Source: Hemiscyllium ocellatum (lineage: Eukaryota). Taken from it: 64,000 nt of DNA. Both the position numbers and the translations under genes were made by a program. How positions within the stretch are numbered: the first letter of the stretch is position 1; every line of letters begins with the position of its first letter. The notes beneath the pieces were generated by a model. The model made no database searches and had not been told where the DNA came from. It saw nothing but the letters and a program-made list of their open reading frames with translations. Positions 37,381-50,589 of the stretch are shown one piece after another. The stretch is from positions 128,794,213 through 128,858,212 of the forward strand of contig NC_083402.1 of assembly GCF_020745735.1 (NCBI RefSeq), read 5' to 3'.

Positions 37381-40362
37381 TTTATACACAATGAACTATT
37401 AACAAATGTTCTTGGGTTCTCTGGTCCAATTAGTTACTGAACAAAATGGAAATAGTTGAGTTGAGTAAAACTCCAGAGTATCCTTTCAAATTACAGAAAA
37501 AAAAGAGTAAAAGTTAAAAAAATTGATGGAAAATACTCTCTGATGCTTACTGACACGTTGGTATTACAGAAAGATCTGATTTAGCAATAAGGCAGCTGTT
37601 CATGAAGGAGTAGTCTTATAAGATCTTCCTTATTTGAAAGGTGCACCTAAATAAGTGTCAAAGGTTGTCATTGTACATGTGTGATACTCAGTCGGTAGAG
37701 TTTTCTCATTTTTCTTGTTGTTGCTTGCTTCCCTAAAGCTTTATGAGAAAACTATTTTTTTGTGGGGGTTTGGAAAATGCCACTGCGGTGTTCATCATTG
37801 TCATGGTACTGCTTTTACATTTTTCTGATAATTTCTCTCATGTATCATTTCAAATAAAAATGTTTTGATTGGCATTAATTGTCTTCAATATAAATATCTT
37901 TTCTGCACTCAATTGTGTGCTCAAAAATCAGACTTTCTTTTTTCGACAACAGTTGCTTATTACAAACCCTTTGCAGTTTTCTTCAGGCCATCCGTCAGGA
38001 GACTTCTGGTTACCTGCCAGTGCTGTTTGCAGTTGTCCATAAAGTAAAGCAAGAATAGTTGAGGCACTGACAATTTGATTTGCCTGATCTACTGTTGTGG
38101 TCCCTTTGTACCAGGGAGGTAAGGCATTCATGCAAGTGAAACAATCGATATCACCCTTCACCCCAAACCCTTTACCGTATACTCTAGAAAGCAATGTACT
38201 TGGTTTTCTTTGTATATTTTGTAATATGAAAAAAGAAAAGTGTACACATATGATGCTCAGAACTTTTAACAGGAAAGGAAAGGAAGCGTTTCTGACTGCT
38301 GGTCTGTTCCCATGGCTTCTGTGGTTTGAAGAGCTTTAAGATAGACATGTCATACCTGTGGCAGAAGCATACAGATTGGGCCAGTTGCTGTGTCAAACAT
38401 CCTCTTAAGTTTATATGAAGCACATTCTGAAAATTGGACCATGACTTCATGGGAGATGGGGAAGGAGGAGGTTAATATTATTTCCTAATCACACTTTCCT
38501 AATACATAAGGACACACACACACACACACGTGTTTTTTAATGAACAAGATAAGGCATCCACCTTTTGGCAGGTGAGCTAATCTTTGATTTACGTTTATAC
38601 TTGCTAAGTAGAATGGCATGTACTTGGAGGAGTTTTGGTGACTTGCTGGTTTTGGAAGGGAGTATTGCGGTGTCATGACAGGATGCTCGGAGCATTTTTA
38701 TGATTGGTCCACAGAAACATTGCTGCACAGTTATGTAGGTTGTAGCTGAAGTCCTTATTTGTCTGAGCCAGGACAGGAAGATGGAGCTGAGGCTGCAGGA
38801 AGGTGATGCTGTGGAAAGTAATAGAAGGAAGAACCTACTTACTAAAGCTTTTCAGGCAGCACTTCACTCAGTACCAAAGGGTTAGCAATTTGTCAGCATC
38901 AATATTACAGTTTCTGTTCATTTTTTATTTAACTTGTTCTTTCAAGTTTTGCCTTTAAAGTTAATGATTTCTTTACCACAGTTATGATTTTCTTACATTA
39001 CTGCACCAGCTTATCACAATAAACCTTGACACAGCATTATCACAATTAGCGATTTGGAAAAAACAATGCTGCTAAGTGTAGTAATTAGGTATTCCTGTAT
39101 AAAAAATATCAAGTTTTGCAAAATGTTAATTTCATAAAAGAACAATAAAAATTCTAGGAATACTCAGCAATCATTGTTATGATGATTACCTTTCATCAGA
39201 ACAAAAGAGAAATAGAGATGTAAGACTTTTCTTGATTGGGTATAAGTTAATTGGAAAGGCAAAGTTTATTCCAGTGAGTTGTATCAGTAATAAAATGCAA
39301 AAACATGCAGATAGGCTTCTAAGCTGCTGCTGGCAACATACTAGACCAACGCCTAAGGGGAGAGAACTTAATCACTGAAGCTTACCTTACCAGTGAGAAG
39401 CTGATTTTTCACCTCTTGAGCATACTTGCATGTCAGTCTTTTCATCAGGAGATAGTAAAGTCCTGCTGCTTATTTCAGGTTGATGCCTTATCTTGTTCAA
39501 TGCACTTTATTTCTTCCTCTTTGCTTTACTGAGTTGGTTTTATCCCTTCATGTTGCATTGGAAAAGTTGGTGTTTCAAAACTCCGATAGTAAAAAGCAGG
39601 CATGTACCTGGTGAATTATACTTTTTCATTCATCTTGGGGAAAGTACTTGTTGCTTTGATTTTGATACTGTTTTAAATGATACCCAATTAGTTGAACTGT
39701 CGCTTCAGAAAGTATAAGTGAAAAATCCAAGAGGAATATGCAGCCTGTCTCCCTGGGTCATCTCCAGGTCTAACTGGCACATGGCAAACTGGGAACAGTT
39801 TCAGACTGAAGGATAGGATTTCGTAAACATTGCAAGTAGGGGGCTGCTTCTGGCTGAATTGTATGGAACCATGAAAGTGGTAGACAGGGTGTAGCAGTGT
39901 CTGAAAGTCACTGAGCCATATTAAAAGCAGTGAAAGGGAGGAAGGATAGTTTGACAAGGATAGCTGCAGCAGAAACTGAGATGCCCCAGGAAAGTGTTTC
40001 CTGGTGCCAAAATGACAAGGCTATGATTTGACAAGCGATATATGACATCATCATATTTCCAGAGGGACATGGACATGTTTCTTATATTATTCTGTTTGTT
40101 ATGGACAGCTAGCTAGGAGACTACTGTGTCCCATCTTCAAAATGTCTCATTGACTAAGCAGTATCTCATTTTGCACGACTGTTTAGTAAAACGTTTATTT
40201 CTATCTGCTGGCAATGTGACACCTTTGAGGCGAGAAATTGAACTAAGAGATCTCTGGACTCCGGTACCACTGCATATACTTGTAGCCACTCCACAATAGG
40301 TACTCCTGTGAACAGGAGCTCACAGCGGGCTGTGATAATATAGACCACCCTTCCAAGATTAT

Positions 40363-40965
40363 CCAAGATGGCGGTAAAATAGGAGGCCCCTCTTAGAACT
40401 CCTCTGCTCTGCCTGTTCTTTTTCTTTCTTTTTCTATTCTTCTCTCTTCTTAGCACCAGAGTTGAATCCCAGAGCAGCAGCGAGTGCGGGCAGCAAGTAC
40501 TAGAACAGCCAGCCCTGGAGCAGTATGTGAGCTACAAGCCTCAGAACAGCATGGACAGTGAGCCCTGGAGCAGCAGGTGGGGAAGCAGTCCCAGAACAGT
40601 GCAGGTAGTGAGTCCTAGGTGGAGACTGGTGTGGAGGAGGCAGTCCTGGAACATACGTTGGAGCAGCTGAGTGCTGATATAGAGCAGACTGGAGGCTTGG
40701 AGCGGGGAAATTTTTGGACTGGGATCTAGTGTGGGTGGTCAGAACATGTGCATTGGCCCTACACTGAGCTGCTATCATGTAATATTTATTTATAATTTCC
40801 TACCTAACTTTAATTGTCAATCCTTTAATAATACCTTTTTTTAGCTTATTTTTTTAACTCTGTAAAATAATGCGACTACTTTTATTTGCCTGTTGTTTCC
40901 TGGGTGGTTGACACTAAGATGTTGCCATTAGAGGCAGACGTTATAAAAGCTGTTCTCTGTACTCC
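40363..40965 (+). mobile_element. non-coding retroelement-like unit with a YY1-type 5' motif, internal GC-rich repeats and a Rex1-like 3' end
   Basis: Starts at ccaagatggcgg, contains recurring gccctggagcag / cccagaacag units, and ends in aaagctgttctctgtactc, similar to aaagcttttcgctgtgcctc at ~18766. Confidence 0.45.
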
Positions 40966-43450
40966 TACAATGGAGTAGACAAAGGATAATCCATCCCATT
41001 GAAGAGAAAGTCAATCAGGGACCACTCAACCTGAGGAAAGGTCTTCAGGACTGTGACATCCTGCAGGATGTTAGTCACATTCTGCCCTCGTTCTCTCTTC
41101 CAAAGAAGAATGCAGAATGTTAGGATCCAAACTGTCCCATTGCAATGTCTGTGCATCCTGGATGAGTGAGCTTCTAGCATAATGAGCTTCAAAAAGCTCT
41201 CACATCCCCACTATCCTCCAGAAAGGAATCATTAGCTATCAAGAAGGTTTAGCCTGTCTGTAGGCATTCCAAACAAGGATGTCCTTCGGTTCCTGCACCC
41301 TGTAGATATCAGTCACTTCTCTGTAAAACTTGAATTACCAATCTTGGGCTGTTATTTGTTGTCCCAGATCTAAGGTCCTTTTGTTGAGCTAATAGGACAA
41401 AATGTGCATCCCAGATTGCTTGCCTCTGGAGTGGGACAGCACTGACCAAATGCTAGGTCCAGGTTATGGGAAGGGGGTGCAGGCACACACATTGCAAATG
41501 CAGTAAAACTTGCAAACATGTCCTGAGGGAGGAGCAGCATCTCTCTGTAATAGGGAAGATGCTAGTCTGCTTTTACCAGTAGTGAAATAAAACAACAGGA
41601 AACATTAGAACAGTGCAAGTGCGTACATATTTACACATGTGTATTTCTTAGCATTAATGAACAAACCAGTGACACTGGGACACCTACAACAAAGATTTCT
41701 TCTTCCTTTGCCTGAGTATCTCTCAGTCCAGAATCAATATCCTGTGCTGTTTTGGAAACATCTCCTTGTTATTAAGCCCTAGTGATTGTGTAGGCTTTGA
41801 CAGGAATTCCCTGTCCTAAAATCCTAGAGGGCCTTGAGTTGATGAAAATCTCCTAAATAGAGCAGGTGCACATTTATCTGCAACAGGAAAGAGGATCACT
41901 GGTAGAAGGGAAGTGGCAGGGTAGGGCACCTCTACAGTGTCTTGACAATAAGCTCCCTGGGTGTCTGTCTGTCACCCCTGCTCCCTGTGGGTGCCTACTG
42001 GCACCATGCTGATCCCTTGAGACAAAAGAATACGTGAAACGAGTTTGAGCTGCCTCATACCTCTATCACCTTGCCATTGATGCTGAGCACCCTGGTCTGG
42101 TGAGAGAGAATGTGCATATCCAACATTCTTTGACTGTTCTGCTGGGCCTGGTCTCCAAGGCAGCTTCCATCCTTTCCAGAGAGGCAGCCAAACATGAGCA
42201 TTCTGGACAAGCTTCAGTAAAATGAAGATGGATAGATCCCTCCAAATGTTTTTTCAGCCTAGTGAAATCTCCAGCACCATAGAACATGGAACAATCCAGC
42301 GCAGAACGGGCCCTTTGCCCCTTGATGTTGTGCCGACCTGTGAACTAACCTAAGCCCATCCCCCTACACTATCCCATCATCATCCATATGCTTATCCAAG
42401 GATTGTTTAAATCTCCCTAATGTGGATGAGTTAACTACATTGGCAGGCAGGGCATTCCATGCTCATCACTACATGATGTTTCCCTGCCTGTCATATAGAT
42501 TGAGCATGGTGCTTGTGGCTGATTAGAGAGCGACATCTTTTATATGAAGCTTGGCAGGTGCCTGGTCTCCAACAGTCCTTTGAATGCCCGACCTCTTGGT
42601 TGCTACTTTCTCCACAGACTGCGGATATGTAATGGACATATGCACATCAGATTACGTCCCAAGTTCATTCTAGCTATTCTACTCACTGAGGTGGCAGTCT
42701 TTCTAAGAGAGTTCACAGGCCATAGCATCAGAATTGGTGTTGAGCTTGGCCAGACCCTGTGACCTCTTGTTTTCAACTGTCTGTAGACTGGTTGCACATG
42801 TGGAAGACATGAGAAAGAATTAGTTCGTGAAGATGCATAAACCTTTGTGTAAAGGACTGTGTGTGAGAAGGGAAGACAACAATATTCTCCACTGGTTTCT
42901 CCTGCCTTAATGATCTCTGCATTGACATAAAATGGGTCTTTGTGCTCACTTATCAACTAGACTGTGTATTCTTCAAAATCAATGAAGATGTGGAAGGCAA
43001 GTAGCCTTCTGCCAGTCTGGGTCTTCTATACTTCATTGTGCCACAGATTGTCCAGCAGTGAGAGAAAGAGAAAGGTTGAAAGTGATTAGAGTGTCTGTGT
43101 GAAAATTCTTTGAGCACACATGGTCCTACAAGGTGAGTGAGCCCTCCCTAGAAAGTGAAGCAAAGTGCCCAGAAACTGTCAGGGAATCGGCCGCATAAGG
43201 CATGAGTGAGCCCCTCAGTATAAATCGTTCTTGTGATAGTCGACAAACCTGTGTGACATGGCCATACAGTGACAGTATTAGACTGAGTGACTGCCTTATG
43301 AGGGTGTGGTTGCTGTCAGAGAATGGTGGTACTTACCCAACCTCCTGGTTTACCAGGTCCCACTTCTTGACCTTTTGTGTCACCTGTGCATAAAGGGAGG
43401 GCTTTCTTCACCCACCTGTAGGATAGAGCACCTCCTTCCTGGCTTAACCT
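40966..43450 (-). mobile_element. heavily decayed Tx1/L1-like LINE remnant
   Basis: Minus-strand degenerate CCHC-knuckle remnants (CGES...GHSKDC) near 42550-42810 and ORF2-like C-terminal remnants near 41000-41900, with many stops. Confidence 0.4.
42278..42468 (-). mobile_element. CR1 3' end fragment
   Basis: catagaacatggaac tail and ggcagggcattcca (WNALP on the minus strand). Confidence 0.85.
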
Positions 43451-43596
43451 GGAGCACACTACTCAGTGAGGACTTCAGTAGTCTGGGTAAAATTTAACAA
43501 TAACCTTTTGTTTTCACACTAACAATATATTCAGCATGGATCTACACACAGAGTGTTTCTTCTATGAAATTTTTCCCCAGATTTATCTCTTCCTTA

Positions 43597-46500
43597 GTCA
43601 TCATTGTACATATTGGAATTAGCGACATAGGAAGAGAAAAGCATGAGATTCTTAGCAAAGAATATAGAAAGTTAGGCAGGAATTTAAATAGGAGGTCCTC
43701 AAGGGTAGTAACATCTGGATGAATCCGGGTGCCATAGGCTAGAGAGGATAGGAATAAAAGAATAGAGCAGATGAATGCATGGCTGAGGAGCTGTTGCAGG
43801 GGAGAGAAATTCATTGGAATCTCTTCTGGGGTAAAAGTGATCTGTATAAGAAAGGTGAATTGTACCTGAATTGGAAGAGGACTAATAGCCTGGCAGGGAG
43901 ATATGCTGGAGCTGCTTGGGAGGATTTAAACTGGTGAAGGGGGGGACCCAAGGAGATAGTGAGGAAAGAGATCAGTCTGAGACTGGTAGAGTTGGGAAAA
44001 GGAGTAAGTCAAACAAACAGGGCAGGCAGGAACAAAGCATTGAATAATCTAGGACTGATAAATTAAACTGCATTCATTTCGATACAAGAGGCCTAACTGG
44101 TAAGGCAGATGAACTCAGGATATGGTTGGGAACATGGGACTAGGATAGCAAAGCAATCACACAGATGTGGCTTAGGGATGGGCAGGACTTGCAACTTAAT
44201 GTTCCAGAGTATAGATGCCATAGGAAGGATAGAAAGGAGCTCAAGAGAGGAAGGGGAGTGGCGTTTTTGATTAGGGATAACATTATGGCTGTACTTACAA
44301 AGGATATTCCTGGGAATACATCCATGCAAGTTATTTGGGTGAAACTGAAGAATAACAAAGGGATAATCACCTTATTGGGATTGTACTGTAGACACCACAG
44401 ATAGCAGGAAAGTGAGAAACAAACTTGTAAAGGTATCGAAGTTACCTGGAAGATTAATAGGGTGGTAATGGTAGTGGATTTTAATTTTCCAAATATAGAC
44501 TAAGACTGCCATAGTGTTACGGGTTTAGATGGAGAGGAATTTGTTAAGTGTGTACAAGAAAAGTTTCTGAGTCAGTATCTGGATGTACCTACTAGAGAGG
44601 GTGCAAATCCTGAACTACTCTTGGGAAATAAGGCCGGGCAGGTGACTGAGGTATCAGTGGGGGAGCACTTTGTGGCCAGTGACCATAATTCTACTCGTTT
44701 TAAAATAGTGATTAAAAAGGATTGATCAGATCTAAAAGTTGAGGTTCTCAATTGAAGGAAGCCTAATTTTGACGATATTAGGCAAGAACTTTCAAAAGTT
44801 GGGTCAGATGTTTGGAGATAAAGTGATAGCTAGAAAATGGGAAGCCTTCAAAAGTGAAATAATGAATGTCCAGAGACAGTATGTTCTTATTAGGGTAAAG
44901 GGAAAGGCTGGTAGGTGTAGGGAATGCTGGATGACTAGAGAAATTGACATTTTGGTCAAGAATAAGAAATAAGCATATGTCCGGTATAGACAGCAGAGAT
45001 TGAGTGAATCCGTAGAAGAATATAAAGGCAGTAAACTTAAGAGGGAAATCAGGAGGGCAAAAGTGGGACATGAGACAGCTTTGGCAAATCAGGTTAAAAA
45101 GAATTGAAAGAGAGTCTATAAATTTATTAAGGACAAAAGGGTAACTAGGGAGAGAATAAGGCCCCTTAAAGATCAGCAAGGCCACCTATGTGTGGAAACA
45201 CAGCAGATGGGGGAGATACTAAATAAATATTTTGCATCAGTGTTTACCATGGAGAAAGATATAGAAGATACAGAATGTGGGGAAATAGATGGTGGCATCT
45301 TGAAAAATGTCCACATTGCAGAGGAGGAGGTGCTGAACAACTTAAAAAGCATAAAGGTGGATAAATCCCCAGGACTTGATCAGATGTCGTCTGCAACTCT
45401 GTGGGAAGCTATGGAAATGATTGCTGAGCCCTTTGCTGAGCTATTTGGATCATTGATAGTCACAGATGAAATACTGGAAGACTGGAAGTTGGCTAAAGTG
45501 GTGCCTCTATTAAGAAAGGTAGTAAGGATAAGCTAGGGAACTATAGAAAAGTGAGCCTGACATCAATGGTCGACATGTTATTGGAAGGAATCCTGAGGGA
45601 CAGGGTTTACATATATTTGAAAAGGCAAGGATTGATTAGGGATTGTCGACATGGCTTTGTGCGTGGGAATTCGTGCCTCACTAAATTGAATTTTTTGAAG
45701 AAGTAGCAAAGATGATTGATGAGGGCAGAGCAGTGGACATGATCTGTATGGACTTCAATAAGACATTCGACAAGGTTCCTCATGGTAGACTGGTTAAAAA
45801 GGTTAGATCACATGGAATATAGGGAAAACTAGCCATTTGGATACAGAAAACTAGCCATTTGGAGGAGATTGGTGAGACACTAAATCAATACTTTTCGTCA
45901 GTATTCACTCAGGAACGGGACTCTGTTGCTGGTGTGAATATTGAGTCACAAGTGATTGGAATGGATGGCCTTGAAGTATGTAGGGAGGAGGTTTTGGGAA
46001 TACTGGAAAGGATGAAAATAGATAAGTCTCCTGGGCCTGATGGCATTTACCCTAGGATCCTCTGGGAAGCTAGGGAGGAGATAGCAGAGCCATTGGCCTT
46101 GATTTTTATGTCGTCATTGTCAACGGGAATAGTACCAGAAGACTGGAGGATAGCGAATGTGGTCCCCTTGTTCAAGAAGGGGAGTAGGGACAGCCCGAGT
46201 AACTATAGGCCAGTGAGTCTCACTTCTGTTGTGGGCAAAGTCTTAGAGAGAATTGTAAGGGATAAGATTTATGAACATCTGGATAGGAATAATGTGATCA
46301 AGGATAGTCAGCATGGTTTTGTGAAGGGCAGGTCGTGCCTCACAAACCTTATTGAGTTCTTTGAGAAGGTGACTAAGGAGGTGGATGAGGGTAAAGCAGT
46401 AGATGTGGTGTATATGGATTTTAGCAAGGCGTTCGATAAGGTACCCCATGGTAGGCTAATGCAAAAACTACGGAGGTATGGCATTGAGGGTGCATTAGAG

Positions 46501-48592
46501 GTTTGGATTAGGAATTGGCTGGCTGGAAGGAGACAGAGGGTAGTAGTTGATGGACTAGGTTCATCTTGGAGTGCAGTTACTAGCGGTGTACCACAGGGAT
46601 CTGTTTTGGGACCGTTGCTGTTTGTCATCTTTATAAATGGTCTAGAGGAGGGGCTTGAAAGCTGGGTGAGTAAGTTTGCGGATGACACAAAGGTCGGTGG
46701 AGTTGTGGACAGTGAAGAAGGATGTGGCAGGTTACAGCGGGATATAGATAGGTTGCAGAGCTGGGCAGAAAGGTGGCAGATGGAATTCAATGTAGCTAAG
46801 TGTGAAGTCATTCACTTTGGTAGGAGTAACAAGAAGATGGATTACTGGGCTAATGGTAGGCTACTTGGTAGTGTGGATGAGCAGAGGGATCTTGGTGTCC
46901 ATGTACACAGATCTCTGAAAGTTGCCACCCAGGTAAATAGTGCTGTGAGGAAGGCATATGGTGTACTCGGCTTTATTGGTAGAGGAATTGAGTTCCAGAG
47001 TCCTGAGGTCATGTTGCAGTTGTATAAGACTCTGGTGCGGCCTCATCTGGAGTATTGTGTGCAGTTTTGGTCGCCATACTATAGGAAGGATGTGGAGGCA
47101 TTGGAACGAGTGCAGAGGAGGTTTACCAGGATGTTGCCTGGCATGGTAGGAAGATCGTATGAGGAAAGGCTGAGGCACTTGGGCCTGTTCTCATTGGAGA
47201 AAAGAAGGTTTAGGGGAGATTTGATAGAGGTGTATAAGATGATTAGGGGTTTAGATAGGGTAGACACTGAGAACCTTTTACCGCTAATGGAGTCAGCTGT
47301 TACTAGGGGACACAGCTTTAAATTAAGGGGTGGTAGGTATAGGACAGATGTTAGGGGTAGATTCTTTTCGCAGCGGGTTGTGAGTTCATGGAATGCCCTG
47401 CCAGTAGCAGTGGTGAACTCTCCCTCTTTATGGTCATTTAAGCAGGCATTGGATAGGCATATGGAAGTTATTGGGCTAGTGTAGGTTAGGTAGGATTTGG
47501 TCGGCGCAACATCGAGGGCCGAAGGGCCTGTACTGCGCTGTATTTTTCTATGTTCTATGTTCTATGTAGAACTGGCTCAAAGGTAGAAGACAGAGGGTGG
47601 TGGTAGAGGGTTGTATTTCAGACTGGTAGCCTGTGACCAGTGGTGTGCCATAAGGATTGGTGCTGGGTCCACTGCATTTCATAATTTATACAAATGATTT
47701 GGATGTGCACATAGGTAGTATTTTGCAGGTGACATCAAAATTGGACATGTAGTGCACAGCGAAGAGGGTTATCTCAGGGTTCAACAATATTTTGATCAAA
47801 TGGACCAATGGGCTGAGGAGTGGCAGATGTAGTTTACTTTAGTCAACCTTGAATTTTGGAAATACAAATCAGGGCAGGACTTATACACTTAAGGATAAAG
47901 TCCTGGGGAGTGTTGCTGAACGAAGAGACCCTGGAGTGCAGTTCATAGTTCATTGAATGTGGAATCACAGGTGGATAGGATAGTGAAGAAGACTTTGATA
48001 TGTTTGCCTTTATTGGTCAGTGTGTTGAGTACAGGAGTTGGGAGGTCATGTTACAGCTGTCCCAGATATTGTTAAGGCCACCTATGGAACATTGTGTGCA
48101 ATTCTGGACTCTGTGCTTTAAGAAGGATGTTGCTAGAATTGGAGGGTTTGAGCTCCAGGGAGAGGCTGAATAGTCTGGGGCTATTTTTCCTGGGGCATCG
48201 GAGGCTGAGGGGGTGGCCTGATAGAGGTGTATAAAATCATGAGGGGCATGGATAAGGCGAGTAGCAAAGGTATTTTCCCTGGGGTGGTGGAGTCCACAAC
48301 TAGAAAGCATGGGTTTAGGGTGAGAGGGGAAAAATTTAAAAGAGATCTAAGGCACAAGGTTTTAACACAGATGGTGATACGTGTATGGAATGAGCTGCCA
48401 GAGGAAGTGGTGGAGGCTAATACAATTACAATATTTAAAAGGCATCTGCATGGGTATATGAATAGGAAGGGTTTGGAGGGATATGGGCCAAATGCTGGCA
48501 AATGGCATATCTGGTTGGCACAATAAGTTGGACTGAAGGGTCTGTTTCTGTACAGTGCATCTTTATGAGTCTGTGACTCTATGACTGTGTGA
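43597..48592 (+). mobile_element. old CR1 LINE (ORF1 esterase C-terminus, ORF2 APE + RT, 3' tail), split by a younger CR1
   Basis: VIIVHIGISDIG...MNAWLRSCCR (SGNH-esterase-like ORF1), DHN APE motif, KSPGLD, DFNKTFDKVPH and a (ctatgact) tail, with many stops and frameshifts. The sequence resumes at 47568. Confidence 0.92.
45861..47567 (+). mobile_element. young 5'-truncated CR1 LINE with an open RT frame
   Basis: 541-codon open frame (KSPGPDG, NYRPVSLT, DFSKAFDKVPH, GVPQGSVLGP, KFADD) and a (ttctatg)n tail. The endonuclease domain is absent. Confidence 0.97.
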
Positions 48593-48756
48593 TGTTTCGT
48601 TGTCATTTTCATCATGATCCCTTAGGTTCATGCTGTTAAACCATTAACTCTTTTCAGCTTGTTGCTGTTTTTCTATTGTTACAAAGGCACTTCAAAATAT
48701 TTATTGCAGGATTTAAGTTTTGAAGAATTTTGTAAAGAGTGATTCATTTCAGGTTT

Positions 48757-49486
48757 TGTTATAGTTTCATAGAATTGGATCTTCAAATGTGGTCATTAAA
48801 AAGGCCCTTATTCCCATTGGAGACTTTTTAAAACAACGCTCCCTAGAAATCACTGGTAATAACTGCTTGCTCTACTGTCGCCCAGCTGATTGAACACTGA
48901 CAGGATGGACAATGCTTTGGGTACCTGGAATGAGCTGGAGGCTAAGAAGCCTTTAAGCAAGAGCTGCTTGACTCTCTTTCTTGTTCTCGGGGGACAAAGG
49001 AAACTCTTGTTGAGTTTGGGTGAATCCTATTTGTTATTCTGAAAGAGTAGTTGAATGATTCATGACTTTTCCAAGCATCAGATTCTTTTAAGATTAGCCC
49101 AATTGGCCACAAGGTGTTTCCTTTTTTACTTCTAAGTGAGGCCCTGCAGAGAGAAATCTGTTTTTTTTCTTCTTTATCTGAAATGTGTGTTTGTGTGCTG
49201 ATGTCTGCATGCAAGCGTGTGTGCATGTAAGAGAGAGTTTGGTTATTTCAAGAGGTAGAAGTTGTGAATTGTATTATCTAATTCTGCATCTACAGGCTTC
49301 ATTTTATCATAAACTGACAACTTGTGTTTATTAAAGAAATCTGGTTTGTTTCATTCTTAGTCTAGTACAGAGAACTTACCTGTTTGATAATATCAAGAAC
49401 TGACGAAACAATGAAATTTATGCTGTGACCCCTGTGGAGAAGTGGGACTAGGAAAAGATTTCACTTCTCCCAGCTTAGTCTTAATA
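48757..49486 (+). mobile_element. probable solo LTR
   Basis: tgttata...cttaata ends, tgattg and attaaa signals, and a general LTR-like layout. No TSD confirmed. Confidence 0.4.
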
Positions 49487-50054
49487 CAATGTATAACCTC
49501 TTGCAATAAAGCTTTCATAAATATTGCATGAGTGTACTTCACTTGACGCTGTCATTTGATAGAATATTCAGCTTTCAACTGTGACTTGTTCAATATCATG
49601 TTTGAATTTGTGCAATGATAAATTCAATCTTAAAATTTAACATTATGATTATTCTCAACACTTTAGGATTTGCATATCCTTCTACTTTTATTTGAATTAT
49701 ATTTTTTTCTTGATTATTTCATGTGGCATTTCTACATGTTTTAACCAAGCAGTGTTTTGCAGCTCTTTCAAAGGTTTCTTCAATTGGTTAAATGTTATTT
49801 AATATTCATTTATAAAGTCCAAATTTTGGCTGGATAACTGAATGAACATAATCTCAAGGCAAAATTGTGGAAAGCAATTCCAAAGGACCTAGAAAAAATA
49901 GATTAGTTCCACAGCCTGACTTGACACTTACTATTTCAGTGGGTTGAGATTTAACATCCATGTTAAATGCACCATGATTGGTTTGAGAGACTACATGAAG
50001 ATCTGTACAAGTATCTATTATTAATGAGATACTGCTGAAACCAATGAGGATGAA

Positions 50055-50267
50055 GGGTCCAGATTAGAGTGGTGCTGGAAAAGCACGGCAGGTCAGGCAG
50101 CATCCGAGGAGCAGGAAGATCGACATATCGCGCTTGAATTCCTGATGAAGGGCCCCTGCCTGAAACATCGATTCTCCTGCTCCTCAGATGCTACCTGCCT
50201 GCTGTGCTTTTCCAGCACCACTTTAATCTTGACTCTAATCTCCAGCATCTGCAGTCCTCACTTTTGC
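50055..50267. mobile_element. PLE family-A fold-back insertion
   Basis: Head-to-head pLTR ends, with TSD ccaatgaggatgaa (50041-50054) / ccaatgacgatgaa (50268-50281). Confidence 0.88.
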
Positions 50268-50589
50268 CCAATGACGATGAATGCATCACTCACTTTCTAT
50301 GCCAGTGGCACATTTCAGCTGCTGCAGGTTCCATTGCAGGCTTAATTATTGAACAGTGTTGAGGTGTTTCACTTGGTCCACTGTGGCAAGAAGAGACTAT
50401 AACACTTCCTATCCTAAGCTGAAGAAACTAGAACAATGATGCTTAGAGATTGCGAGATTGCCAAGTGCCTGAGGAATCATCACCTGTAGCTAACATTTTG
50501 AGTGTTGAGGGCTAATGTTAGAAATTGCATTAAGCTCCATGCAATCTGATGGTATCATAAAGTGGGGAAATAGGAGACGAATAGGATCT

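Noticed and set aside
45859-47484. 541-aa ORF as a host or domesticated gene
   Set aside because: It is a 5'-truncated CR1 ORF2 with no endonuclease, a non-ATG start created at the junction, and an intact LINE tail.
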